Counted from the stretch's first letter, positions 20,249 to 29,615 are shown. The stretch is 64,000 nucleotides of DNA from Candidatus Brocadiia bacterium (GCA_050015075.1 JBEKCB010000018.1:20461-84460); one strand, 5' to 3'. The notes: generated by a model not told the origin, from the letters alone. Numbers and translations are program-made.

Positions 20249-21061
20249 TTACGTCGAAGAAGGGTTAGTTTCGATTTCCGTCTCTACTATCGCATCGGGT
20301 ATTCCAACCTTATCAATCCAATCACGAAGACGTGCGGCGTTCTCAGGCGTTAGCTCATTCCAGTCCTTGAGATGAACATGTAGGACGACAGACATAGCTA
20401 CCGCGTGTTTCTGCTGAACGCACACATCACCTTTCACTTGTGTTGCGACTGCCGCCATCTGTTCAATGTTTGGAGTGGGAGTTTGCGCCGGTACTTCAAC
20501 TTCATCGAGGTTCCCCTTTGTGAGCGTACCGGCGTCATCTGCCAACACTAGCCCGGTGTACAGGATGAAATCGATGAGTCGGTCCAAAGCGGATGAATCG
20601 CCCTCGGTCGCCCCCGCCTTGATTGCTAGTGATTTCTTCATCTCGGACCTGGACAACGAAGGACGCAAAGCAAAGTTCTGAACTACGACCTGTCCATACC
20701 AGCACCGAGCTACGAGCCTACGAAGATAAGATTTCGCCTTCTCCTCATCCCACGCCGCTTCGCGAGCAAACCGAACAGCCTCTTGGCTGGGAACATAATA
20801 CCCGTACTTGGGCGATACCAGAATCTGGGACTCCGACAAGAAATTGTTGTTGGCACTAACCGTAGACTGCCCCAAACCAGTAGCGCTTGCCACATCGCTG
20901 TACTTGACCGGAGACTCTCCGCCATTCGAGGCAACGACATAACCCTTTATTACTCTGACAAGTACGTCCGCTCCAGAAAGGGGAAGCGCTTTCTCTGCTG
21001 TAAGCTTCGGCAGTTTTGTCTTTATTTGTTGCTCGACTTTTTGTTCCTCATCTTTACTCAT
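20249..21061 (-). CDS. hypothetical protein with a predicted N-terminal (winged) HTH; last gene of the low-GC island operon
   Basis: 270 aa with an HTH-like YSDVASATGLGQSTVSANNNFL. The GC is much lower than the host genome. It overlaps the upstream NTPase gene by ATGA. Confidence 0.5.
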   Translation of the reverse strand: MSKDEEQKVEQQIKTKLPKLTAEKALPLSGADVLVRVIKGYVVASNGGESPVKYSDVASATGLGQSTVSANNNFLSESQILVSPKYGYYVPSQEAVRFAREAAWDEEKAKSYLRRLVARCWYGQVVVQNFALRPSLSRSEMKKSLAIKAGATEGDSSALDRLIDFILYTGLVLADDAGTLTKGNLDEVEVPAQTPTPNIEQMAAVATQVKGDVCVQQKHAVAMSVVLHVHLKDWNELTPENAARLRDWIDKVGIPDAIVETEIETNPSST

Positions 21062-22422
21062 GACGCGCCTCCAATCTTTAGGGCCAAGGCATAAAGGTAA
21101 GGAATCTCAAACGAATCAGATTGATTGACCGCCTTCCTGTCTTTTACGGCCACAGCACCAATCCTGACAAGATCGGATATGACCAACTTGGCGTCTAGAT
21201 CAGCCTTACCAAGAGCAGCAGATAGTTGCTTCCGGTTGAAAGTCCGCGAGTTGTGCCCGCTCAACTGTTTATATGTTTGGCTGTAGTTTGGAAAAACCTG
21301 AAGGAAATCGTTCAGCTTATCCGCAGCGGTAAGATCTATTGCCTGTCGAATTGCCTCAGCGGAAATCAAACACGTCGGCTTGTTTACACCCTGGCGGTTG
21401 AAAGTTAACTGCGATTTCTGAGCCTCGATGCAGAAATTTACAAAATCGCGCGGAAGTGCATCGCCATTTCCGTCCTTGAAGCGTTCATACAGCACTTCAA
21501 ACCCGCCCGCGTAAGGCTCTTCCCAATCGAAAACTTCATCGAGCCACTTTTGGGCAACGGGATAGATGATGTCGTCATTATGCTCTGGATGTAAGACAGC
21601 GAGACGGTGGGCGAGAAGAATCCCTATGTCCTCCTTAGTCCACTTCAAAGTCAATTTCAACGCGCTGAAATGGTCTTTGTTGACATAGCCGAGTTCGTCA
21701 TAAATGTCAGACCGGAAAAACAGCTTAAACTTCAATCTCCTGAGTCGTATCAAGTCGCTGACAGCCGTCATTAGGCTGCTGAGGAGCTCGGCGATTTCAT
21801 CTTCCTTACTGCCGTTCAGCCGGACCTCGTCCAGACTGTCGAGGCAAATCCACAAGTCTGCTCCTTGCTCATCCAACCATGAACTTGCCAGATGGATAAC
21901 CTGATCGCATTCCGTCATCGCAAGGGGTATCTTCGGCGGTATCTCTGTAGTCACATACTCACCGATCCCGACCTTGAACTTCAAAGTCCTCAACGACTGC
22001 CACGGCGTAGGAACTATCCCGACCAGTCCCCAACGCACTAAGAATCGCTCGAACGTCTTTCTTGTCGTCTCGGCCAGACGGTCTTCATTGATGAGAAGCC
22101 CCGCGATGAGTGACGCGATATGAAAACGCCATAACCCAACCTTCGATGATGAAACAGCCGGATGCAAAGTGGCCCAGTGTTGTTGAAGTTGCGGCTCTTC
22201 ACCGAGCCAAAGGTTCGGTTTCTTGAAAATCGGGATCTTGTCTTCCCACTCGCGCAACATTTGGTAAATGGCGCTTTTACCGGCGCCCTTTGCTCCGAGA
22301 ACGAGGTAAATCCTATCGGAGCATGTCAAATCAAAAGCAACCGACTTATAGAAATAGTGCTTCAGATTGGTATCATGCTGCGCAGCACCGAAGCCAAAAT
22401 CAATCTTTTCGAGTGCGTTCAT
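21058..22422 (-). CDS. P-loop NTPase with a NACHT-like Walker B motif (STAND-like ATPase), hypothetical
   Basis: 454 aa. Walker A LVLGAKGAGKSAIYQ at about residue 45; Walker B LWICLDSLDEV (hhhhD[GAS]hDE) at about residue 195. Low GC. ATGA overlaps with both neighbouring genes. Confidence 0.6.
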   Translation of the reverse strand: MNALEKIDFGFGAAQHDTNLKHYFYKSVAFDLTCSDRIYLVLGAKGAGKSAIYQMLREWEDKIPIFKKPNLWLGEEPQLQQHWATLHPAVSSSKVGLWRFHIASLIAGLLINEDRLAETTRKTFERFLVRWGLVGIVPTPWQSLRTLKFKVGIGEYVTTEIPPKIPLAMTECDQVIHLASSWLDEQGADLWICLDSLDEVRLNGSKEDEIAELLSSLMTAVSDLIRLRRLKFKLFFRSDIYDELGYVNKDHFSALKLTLKWTKEDIGILLAHRLAVLHPEHNDDIIYPVAQKWLDEVFDWEEPYAGGFEVLYERFKDGNGDALPRDFVNFCIEAQKSQLTFNRQGVNKPTCLISAEAIRQAIDLTAADKLNDFLQVFPNYSQTYKQLSGHNSRTFNRKQLSAALGKADLDAKLVISDLVRIGAVAVKDRKAVNQSDSFEIPYLYALALKIGGAS

Positions 22423-22634
22423 TGATGTTCAAGGCCATCCGCAGGGTAAACGCTTCTGACAAGACGTCCACGTAATACGTTGACCGTTCGCATCCGTTGC
22501 CTTGGAGTATACCAACGTGAGGCGTTTCGCGCCAGCACGCTGTGAGACCCTTTAGCCTCTCGTTTAACGGACCCGCCGACGCGAAGGAGCACAGCGCGAA
22601 CGTGACGTGTCTTGGCGGACGGCCAATCGCTCAT
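22419..22634 (-). CDS. hicA: HicA-like mRNA interferase toxin (putative)
   Basis: 71 aa, basic, with a GSH motif (KREAKGSHSVLAR). Translationally coupled downstream of the HicB-like gene. The assignment is tentative. Confidence 0.4.
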   Translation of the reverse strand: MSDWPSAKTRHVRAVLLRVGGSVKREAKGSHSVLARNASRWYTPRQRMRTVNVLRGRLVRSVYPADGLEHQ

Positions 22635-22831
22635 ACCGGCATCGCGAAAAGTTCGTCCAGTTCCGGAATCGCTTCACCGTGCTCCAGGCGGTCAGCGATG
22701 ACACGCAGAGCCAATGCCTCGGCTTTGCAAACCGCCTCTTTCCGGGTCTTGCCATACGCCATAACTCCCGGCAGATCCGGCACTTCGGCGATCCAGCGGC
22801 CATCCGTTTCGCGCTCGATTTCAATCTTCAT
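22631..22831 (-). CDS. hicB: HicB-like antitoxin (UPF0150 family)
   Basis: MKIEIERETDGRWIAEVPDLPGVMAYGKTRKEAVCKAEALALRVIADRLEHGE, typical of HicB/UPF0150. Confidence 0.6.
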   Translation of the reverse strand: MKIEIERETDGRWIAEVPDLPGVMAYGKTRKEAVCKAEALALRVIADRLEHGEAIPELDELFAMPV

Positions 22832-22890
22832 CCAGGTAGCCTCCGTCGCATACGATATCACACGCCTCCGAACTGAGCAAGTTTTTCCCG

Positions 22891-25227
22891 TCACTCTTGC
22901 GTGTAAATCACAATCCGGTCATGGATGAGCAGCACGATGTCGGGCTTGCCGCCGGTGACGGCGCCGATGGCGAACTCGCGCGGTTCCGACGAGGCCGCCG
23001 GCGCCGGACCCATGCGGCCGCCGACGAACGCCTTGGCTTCGAAGACCGGCCAGGCGAGCACGCGCTCGATGCGCGGCTCTTCTTTCCGCCACGTCAGCAG
23101 TTCCATCAACTGCTTCGTCCCCTCGGTGACGATGATCTGCGGCCGGCCGTCGCCGCGGAGGTCGCCGACCTCGACGTTCTCCAGCCGCCCGTTGCGCACC
23201 GGCGATTCGTACGAGGCGATCGAGCGCAGCGCCACGCGCGGCAGGCCCGGGCGCAGGATGTGGAAATCGTCCTGCCCGGCCAGGATGACGGCCGGCTTGC
23301 CGCTTCCATCCAGGTCCGCGACGTGCAGCCGCTCGAGGTTGACCGCGCCGGTCTGGAGTTTGTCCGCGACTTCGTACACGCCGGTCTTGTTCGCCCGGAG
23401 CACGGTCAGGCAATGGTTCGCCGCGTCCGCGAGGAGGATGTCCGTGGTCGAACTTCCGTTGAGCCGGACAGCGGAGGCCGCGACGATCTGGCTGGTCGGC
23501 GCCACGCCGTTGAACTGCTCGACGATCTCGATCCGGTCCTTGTCGTCGAGCCGCAGCGCGCGCGCGAAGCTCTTCGCGGCGACGAGGATCGTCGGCTTGC
23601 CGTCACCCTTGAGGTCGGCGATCGAGACGGCCCGCCGCGTGACGCCCTGCACGAGCCCCTTGCCGTAATCCGGCCCGCGCGAGACGTCAACGAATTGCGC
23701 GTCGGCCGTCTGCTTGAAGATGCGCATCTCCTGGTACGGCGTGAAGAGCAGGATGTCCGGCCGGCCGTCCTGGTTCGCGTCGGCCACGAGCAGGCCGTCG
23801 GGATCGGTGCGCGCGTCCTCGATCGGGATGCGCAGGGACTCGACGAAGGTCGCGCCCGGCCCGATGGTCAGCACGCGAATGGACTTGTCGCGTGCCTGGG
23901 AGGAGACGTAGAGGATCTCGCGTTTGCCGTCGGCGAAGAGGTCGGCGACGCACATGCAGGTCGGCTTGCCGACGATCGGCAGCGACCGCGGGAAGGTCAG
24001 GCGGCCCTGCGCGTCGAGGCGCATCAGGCCCAGCATCGGTTCATCGGGGCTGAGGACGAGCACCGCCGGGGCGCCGTCCACTTCGAGCACGGCGACGTCC
24101 GTCACTCCCTGCAGGCACGGGAAGGCCGCCTGCCGGTCCCACTGGCCGGACTGGTTCTGGCGGAAGAGTTCGATCTCGGCCGCGTCGGGGTCAGCGACGA
24201 CGATGTCCATCCGTCTCGGATCGGTCAACGGGCCGAAAGCGAGCGGGTGCGCGCGCCGCGAGCCGGTCCCGCGCAGCGCGTAACGCTCGAACGGCCCGTC
24301 GAGGAGCACGCCCGGATCCGCCGGCTCCGTGCCGACCTTGTAAACCACCAGCCGGCCCTGTGACCGCTCAATCGCGACCAGTTCGGTGCAGCCGTCCTTG
24401 TCGAGGTCGCCGAGGGCTACGCTGCTCATCGGCGGCGCCTTGCAGCGCACTTCGGGGCCGAGCCGCCCTTCGGCGTTCTGGAACCGGAAGCAGAACGGCG
24501 CGGCCTCGTCGCTGCAGAAGTAGAGCAGGTCCTTCCGGCCGTTGCCGTCGAAATCGGCGATGGCGATGCCGACGGCGCCCTCGGGCAGGCCCGATTCCTT
24601 GATCGGCGCTTCGAGCTGGCCGGCGGCGTTCTGGTGGAAGAAGTAGGTGCCGTCCGTGCCGAGGAGGACCAGGTCGTTCCGGCCGCTCTTGCGCAGGTCG
24701 CCGATCGCCAGGGCGTTCATCTGCGTGGAGCCGTCGGCGATGTCAAACGTCCGGCGCGGTCCCCATTGCCCGTTCTTGTCCTGGTAGACCACGACGAGTT
24801 CGCGCGGATCGCCGTAGTACGCCATGTCCGTCCGGCCGTCGCCGTTGAGGTCGCCAAGCTCCAGGCTGTAGACGTGCTTCTCGGTCAGATAGGGCCGGCT
24901 GTCGAACTGCGCGTCGTTGGGAACCTCGTTCGGCTCCGCGTCCGCCGGCTTCGCCGCCGGGGCCTTCGCAGCGCCGGCCGTTTTCGGGCGCTGCAGCAGG
25001 CACTCGATCCGCGCGCGCGCGTTGTTCACCACGACGATGTCGGTCAGCCCGTCGCCGTTGACGTCGGCGAGGCGCAGGTTGCTCGTGTCCCAGTCGAGCT
25101 TGTACATCTCCATACCGGAGAAGCCGAAAGATTCCGTCGCCGGCTTCGTTTCGCCGGACGCCGGCAATGAGAGCACGCCCAGGCATAACGCGGCGAAGAC
25201 CAGACGAATCACCGGTGGATTTCGCAT
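22891..25227 (-). CDS. secreted FG-GAP / VCBS repeat protein (integrin-alpha-like beta-propeller repeats)
   Basis: Signal peptide MRNPPVIRLVFAALCLGVLSLPASG, followed by many (N/D)xDGxxD(I/L)(V/L) FG-GAP repeats. Confidence 0.75.
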   Translation of the reverse strand: MRNPPVIRLVFAALCLGVLSLPASGETKPATESFGFSGMEMYKLDWDTSNLRLADVNGDGLTDIVVVNNARARIECLLQRPKTAGAAKAPAAKPADAEPNEVPNDAQFDSRPYLTEKHVYSLELGDLNGDGRTDMAYYGDPRELVVVYQDKNGQWGPRRTFDIADGSTQMNALAIGDLRKSGRNDLVLLGTDGTYFFHQNAAGQLEAPIKESGLPEGAVGIAIADFDGNGRKDLLYFCSDEAAPFCFRFQNAEGRLGPEVRCKAPPMSSVALGDLDKDGCTELVAIERSQGRLVVYKVGTEPADPGVLLDGPFERYALRGTGSRRAHPLAFGPLTDPRRMDIVVADPDAAEIELFRQNQSGQWDRQAAFPCLQGVTDVAVLEVDGAPAVLVLSPDEPMLGLMRLDAQGRLTFPRSLPIVGKPTCMCVADLFADGKREILYVSSQARDKSIRVLTIGPGATFVESLRIPIEDARTDPDGLLVADANQDGRPDILLFTPYQEMRIFKQTADAQFVDVSRGPDYGKGLVQGVTRRAVSIADLKGDGKPTILVAAKSFARALRLDDKDRIEIVEQFNGVAPTSQIVAASAVRLNGSSTTDILLADAANHCLTVLRANKTGVYEVADKLQTGAVNLERLHVADLDGSGKPAVILAGQDDFHILRPGLPRVALRSIASYESPVRNGRLENVEVGDLRGDGRPQIIVTEGTKQLMELLTWRKEEPRIERVLAWPVFEAKAFVGGRMGPAPAASSEPREFAIGAVTGGKPDIVLLIHDRIVIYTQE

Positions 25228-25667
25228 CGTTCCGCGCGCCTCCTCTATCACGAACTCAGGACGCCTGGATTCCCGCTTTCGCGGCAATGACGTAAGGTGT
25301 TTTCAGCACAGTGTTTGCTGCAAATTGGATTCGTTTTTTCAAATCGCATTTTCAGCTTCATATCCTTGCCTGCCAATAACTTACGGCATCTCGAGGCTTG
25401 GATTATACAATAAGTTTTCTGATATGTCAAGGGCCGCGCTGCTGTTTTAATGGTGCCATGCATACAGATTATAATCATAACAGATTATAGCTACGGTGCT
25501 TACGGCTTATCTCTCCGATAACAACGTTTCCGTTTTTCCGGTTTTCAGCCCTTCGGCCGTGAGAGGAGCCGAACGGGTCAGCGCCGAACGGCTGAAAACA
25601 ACCGACCAAGCATATTGCAGTCTAGCGGTTTTGCAAGAGGCGTTCAATGGGTGGCGGCCATCAATCC

Positions 25668-27014
25668 TCAACCGCCGATCGTCGGCCGCAAATCGCCGGC
25701 CGGCGCTTGGCTGCCGGCGAGCGTGAGCGGCGTGGCGGACTCGACGCGGACGCGGACGAGTTCGCCGGCGAGCGCCTCCGGACCCTCGAAGACGACGATC
25801 TGGTTGGTGCGCAGGCGGCCGGTCAGGCGCGAGGCGTCGCGGTGGCTGCGCCCTTCGACGAGGACTTCCACCTCCTGCCCGATGAACTTGCGGTTCTCCT
25901 CGAGCTGGACCGCTGACTGAATCTCCAGCAGCGCCAGGTTTCGGCGGCGCTTCTCTTCCCAGGGCACGTCGTCGGCGAGTTTCGCGGCGGCGGTGCCGGG
26001 GCGCGTTGAGTACTTGAAGACAAAGGAGTTCTGGAAGCGAAGGTCGCGGACGAGCGCGGCGGTCTCGTCGAATTCCGCCTCCGTCTCGCCGGGGAAGCCG
26101 ACGATGAAGTCGCTGGCGATGGCGATGCCCGGCACGAGTTCGCGCGCGAGGGCGACGAGGTCGCGGTAACCGCGCGCGGTGTAGCTGCGGTTCATCGCGG
26201 CCAGGACGCGGTCGCTCCCGGACTGCGCAGGCATGTGCAGATGCTCGCAGACCGCCGGCAGGTCGCGCACGGCCTCGAGGATTTCGCGCGACATGTCCTT
26301 CGGATGCGAGGTGACGAAACGCACTCGCGCCAGCCCGGCGATCCGGTCCAGCCGCGCGAGCAGGTCCGCCAGCGCGTGCGCCGGCGGGTCGAACGACTTC
26401 CCATAGCTGTTGACGTTCTGGCCGAGCAGCGTGATCTCGCGGCAGCCGTCATCGGCGAGGCGATGCGCCTCGTCCACGACTTCGGTGATGGGCCGGCTGA
26501 TTTCAGGCCCGCGCACGTACGGCACCACGCAGTAGGCGCAGTAGTTGTCGCAGCCGCGCATGATGCCGAGGAACGCGCGGCGGCGGTCCGGCCGGACCGA
26601 GATCTCGCGCGCCTCCGAGACCGCCGCGGCCTCGCTGCACGCCAGCACGCGGTCCGCGCGGCGCGCCTCCTCGATCAGCTCGGCGATGCGCGGGAACTCG
26701 CGCGTGCCGCAGACGAGGTCCACGTGCGGCAGCCGCTCGAAGATTTTCTCGCCGTCCTTCTGAGCCATGCAGCCGAGGATGCCGATGATCAGGCGGGGCT
26801 TGCGGCGTTTCAGGCTCTTGAGCTTGCCGACGTTGCTGTACACGCGCTCCTCGGCGTGCGCGCGCACCGAGCAGGTGTTGTAGAGCACCACGTCAGCCTC
26901 GTCGGGCGTGGCGGCCTCTTCGTAGCCGGCGCGCCGAAGCGCGGAGAGCGCCAGTTCGGCGTCCAGCTTGTTCATCTGGCAGCCGAAGGCGTGGATGAAG
27001 ACTTTATGCGGCAC
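25668..27014 (-). CDS. miaB: tRNA-2-methylthio-N6-dimethylallyladenosine synthase (radical SAM methylthiotransferase)
   Basis: GTG start with a GAGGA RBS. It has an MTTase N-terminal domain with 3 Cys, a radical SAM motif CDNYCAYC and a TRAM domain. Confidence 0.85.
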   Translation of the reverse strand: MPHKVFIHAFGCQMNKLDAELALSALRRAGYEEAATPDEADVVLYNTCSVRAHAEERVYSNVGKLKSLKRRKPRLIIGILGCMAQKDGEKIFERLPHVDLVCGTREFPRIAELIEEARRADRVLACSEAAAVSEAREISVRPDRRRAFLGIMRGCDNYCAYCVVPYVRGPEISRPITEVVDEAHRLADDGCREITLLGQNVNSYGKSFDPPAHALADLLARLDRIAGLARVRFVTSHPKDMSREILEAVRDLPAVCEHLHMPAQSGSDRVLAAMNRSYTARGYRDLVALARELVPGIAIASDFIVGFPGETEAEFDETAALVRDLRFQNSFVFKYSTRPGTAAAKLADDVPWEEKRRRNLALLEIQSAVQLEENRKFIGQEVEVLVEGRSHRDASRLTGRLRTNQIVVFEGPEALAGELVRVRVESATPLTLAGSQAPAGDLRPTIGG

Positions 27015-27090
27015 TCTGCGGTCCTCAGTTCGATGGGAGGAATGGGGAATGCCGGGAGGTATGGACGAGCGGATTGCTCGTCTGCACTCC

Positions 27091-28500
27091 TCACTCGGCA
27101 TTCCTGGTCAGCCTGGCCATGAACAGCCCGTCTCCACCGTCGTGCGCCGGCAGGAATTCCTCCTGCGCTTCGAGCCGGAAGCCCGGCGCGGAGCGCAGCG
27201 CCGCGGCGACGACGTGCGCGTTCTCGTCCGGCTCCACGCTGCACGTGCTGTAAACCAGCGTGCCGCCGGGGCGGAGGCAATGCAGCGCGGCCTCGAGCAG
27301 CGCGCGCTGCTGCGCGGTCAGTTCGGCCAGGCCCGCGTCGGAGAAACGCCAGCGCGCCTCCACGCGCCGGCGCAGGACGCCGGTGTTCGAGCAGGGCGCG
27401 TCGAGCAGCACGCGGTCGAACTTGCCCGGATGCTGCCGCGCGAAGTTCGCGCCTTCCGACTCGACCGTCGCGATGATCCGCAGGTCCAGGCGCTGCACGT
27501 TCTCGACCAGCCGCTTGAGCCGCCGCGCCGAGTCGTCCACCGCGGCGATCATGCCCCGGTTCTGCATCCGCTCGGCCATGTGGCACGCCTTGCCGCCCGG
27601 CGCGGCGCAGAGGTCGAGGACGTTCTCGCCCGGCTGCGGCCCGACGAACGGCGCGACCGCGGCACTGGAATCGTCCTGCACCTGGAAGAGCCCCTCGCGG
27701 AAGGCGCGCAGCCGCGACACCTGCGTTCCCGGCGGCAGCAGCAGCGTACGGCCGGTCGCCGACGGGCGGGCTTCCACCTGCTCGGCGAGAAGGCTCGCGA
27801 TGAGCTGCTCCGGCGAAGTCCGCAGCGCGTTCGGCCGAATGAAAAGCGGCGGCGGCTCGTTCGCCAGCCGGCAGAGCTCGCACGCGCGCGACGTGCCGAA
27901 CCGCGCCAGCCAGCGCCGCATCAGCCCGACCGGGAACGAGAGCGCGGCGGCCAGGTGCGCCGCGGATTCCGCGGGCGGCGGCAGGACTTTTTTCCCGAGC
28001 ACGCAGGCACGGCCCGGCCGAACCTCGAAGGAACATTGCGGCTGGGCGAGATCGGGCTCGGCGGCGAAGCGCAGGTCGCGGCCGATGGAGCGCAGGACGG
28101 CGTTGACGAAACCGGTCGCGCGCGATTTTCCCGTCGCGCGCGCCAGCCGAACCGATTCGTCCACGATCGCGTGCTGCGGGACGCGCTCGAGGAAGAGCAT
28201 CTGGTAGACGCCCAGCCGCAGCGCCTGCCGGACCACCGGGTCGAGTTCGTCCAGCGGCCGCGCCGAATACGCCGCGAGCACCGCATCGAGCGTGGCCAAC
28301 CGCCGAATGACGCCATACGTCAGGTCCGCCGCCAAGCGCCGGTCCTCGGGTTTCATCGGCGCGCCCGAGAACCGCTCGTCGAGCAGCTCGCGGGCGAACG
28401 CTTTGCCGGTCGGCGACAGCGCCTGGCTGATGACCTCGAGCGCGCAGCGCCGCGGATTGGGCGAGAAGCCGCGCGGTTCGTCGCCGGTTTCACGCGCCAT
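27091..28500 (-). CDS. rsmB: 16S rRNA (cytosine967-C5)-methyltransferase RsmB/Sun
   Basis: N-terminal NusB-like region and a C-terminal m5C methyltransferase (DLCAAPGGK, DAPCS, TLVYSTCS). Confidence 0.8.
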   Translation of the reverse strand: MARETGDEPRGFSPNPRRCALEVISQALSPTGKAFARELLDERFSGAPMKPEDRRLAADLTYGVIRRLATLDAVLAAYSARPLDELDPVVRQALRLGVYQMLFLERVPQHAIVDESVRLARATGKSRATGFVNAVLRSIGRDLRFAAEPDLAQPQCSFEVRPGRACVLGKKVLPPPAESAAHLAAALSFPVGLMRRWLARFGTSRACELCRLANEPPPLFIRPNALRTSPEQLIASLLAEQVEARPSATGRTLLLPPGTQVSRLRAFREGLFQVQDDSSAAVAPFVGPQPGENVLDLCAAPGGKACHMAERMQNRGMIAAVDDSARRLKRLVENVQRLDLRIIATVESEGANFARQHPGKFDRVLLDAPCSNTGVLRRRVEARWRFSDAGLAELTAQQRALLEAALHCLRPGGTLVYSTCSVEPDENAHVVAAALRSAPGFRLEAQEEFLPAHDGGDGLFMARLTRNAE

Positions 28501-29437
28501 GGAGAAGGTCTCCGGGTTTGACAACGTGGCCGCGCAGGTACGCGGCGGCGTCCATCGGCTTGCGGCCTTCGGGCTGGACGCGCAATACGGTGACGCATCC
28601 ACGCCCGGTCCCGACGATGAGCCGATCCTCGGCGCGGAGGACCTGTCCGGGCGTCGCCGCCGCGCCCGCATCGTCAGCCGGACGCGCGGCCAGCAGGATC
28701 AGCCGCTCGCGCCGCTCGCCGCAGAGGTAGAACGTGAACGCGCCCGGCCAGGGCGTCATGCCGCGGATGAAATTGCAGACGCCGCGCGCATCGAGGCGCC
28801 AAGGAACCAGGCCGTCGTTTTTCCGCAGGCTCGGCGCCTCGGTCGCCCGCGCGGCATCCTGCGGCTGCTCGACGGCCGCGCCGGACTCGACCGCGTCGAG
28901 CAGCGGCGCGATCATCTCGGCCGCCAGCACCGCGAGACGCACGGAAAGCTCGCCGGCGGTCTCCTCGTCGCCGATGCGCAGCGCGCGCTGGACGAGAATT
29001 GCGCCGGCGTCCAGCTCGGGCGCCATGCGCTGGATGGTGACGCCGGTCTCCGATTCGCCGCACAGGATCGCGCGCTCGATCGGCGCGGCGCCGCGGTACT
29101 TCGGCAGGAGCGAGGCATGCGCGTTGAAGCAGCCGAGCCGCGGCAGCGCCAGCACGCGCCGCCCCAGGCGCTTGCCGTACGCGGTGACGACGATCGCGTC
29201 CGGCGCGGCGGCGCGCAGCGACTGCACCGCCTCGGGCCGGTTGATGCTCTCCGGCTGGATCACCGGCACGCCCCGCGATTGGGCGACCTGCTTGACCGGC
29301 GGTGCCCACGGCACGCGCCCGCGCCCGCGCGGCTTGTCCGGCTGCGTGACGACCAGGCAGACCGCGTGGCGGCTGCGCAGCAGCGCCTCCAGCGTCGGGA
29401 CGGCGAAATCGGGGGTTCCGGCGAAACAGATCTTCAC
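28490..29437 (-). CDS. fmt: methionyl-tRNA formyltransferase
   Basis: MKICFAGTPDFAVPTLEAL...NAHASLLPKYRGAAPI, an Fmt signature. Confidence 0.85.
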   Translation of the reverse strand: MKICFAGTPDFAVPTLEALLRSRHAVCLVVTQPDKPRGRGRVPWAPPVKQVAQSRGVPVIQPESINRPEAVQSLRAAAPDAIVVTAYGKRLGRRVLALPRLGCFNAHASLLPKYRGAAPIERAILCGESETGVTIQRMAPELDAGAILVQRALRIGDEETAGELSVRLAVLAAEMIAPLLDAVESGAAVEQPQDAARATEAPSLRKNDGLVPWRLDARGVCNFIRGMTPWPGAFTFYLCGERRERLILLAARPADDAGAAATPGQVLRAEDRLIVGTGRGCVTVLRVQPEGRKPMDAAAYLRGHVVKPGDLLHGA

Positions 29438-29461
29438 TCGGCGTTTTCCGTTAACCCGAAT

Positions 29462-29612
29462 TTACCACTAAGTTACCAAGGCTCAAAGAGACAACGGCTT
29501 CCACCACGGAATACACGGAGCACACCGAATGACTTTCCTGAACAGCTTCAGTGTCTTCCGTGTGTTCCGTGGTTGCAATATCAGTTGGCGTTTTTGACGC
29601 CTTGGTGGTTCA
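29462..29612. repeat. nested palindromic repeat element inserted between def and fmt (same inner module as 5784-5936)
   Basis: ccaccacggaatacacggagcacaccgaa...ttcagtgtcttccgtgtgttccgtgg, flanked by ccaaggc / gccttggtgg outer arms. Confidence 0.8.
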
Positions 29613-29615
29613 ACA

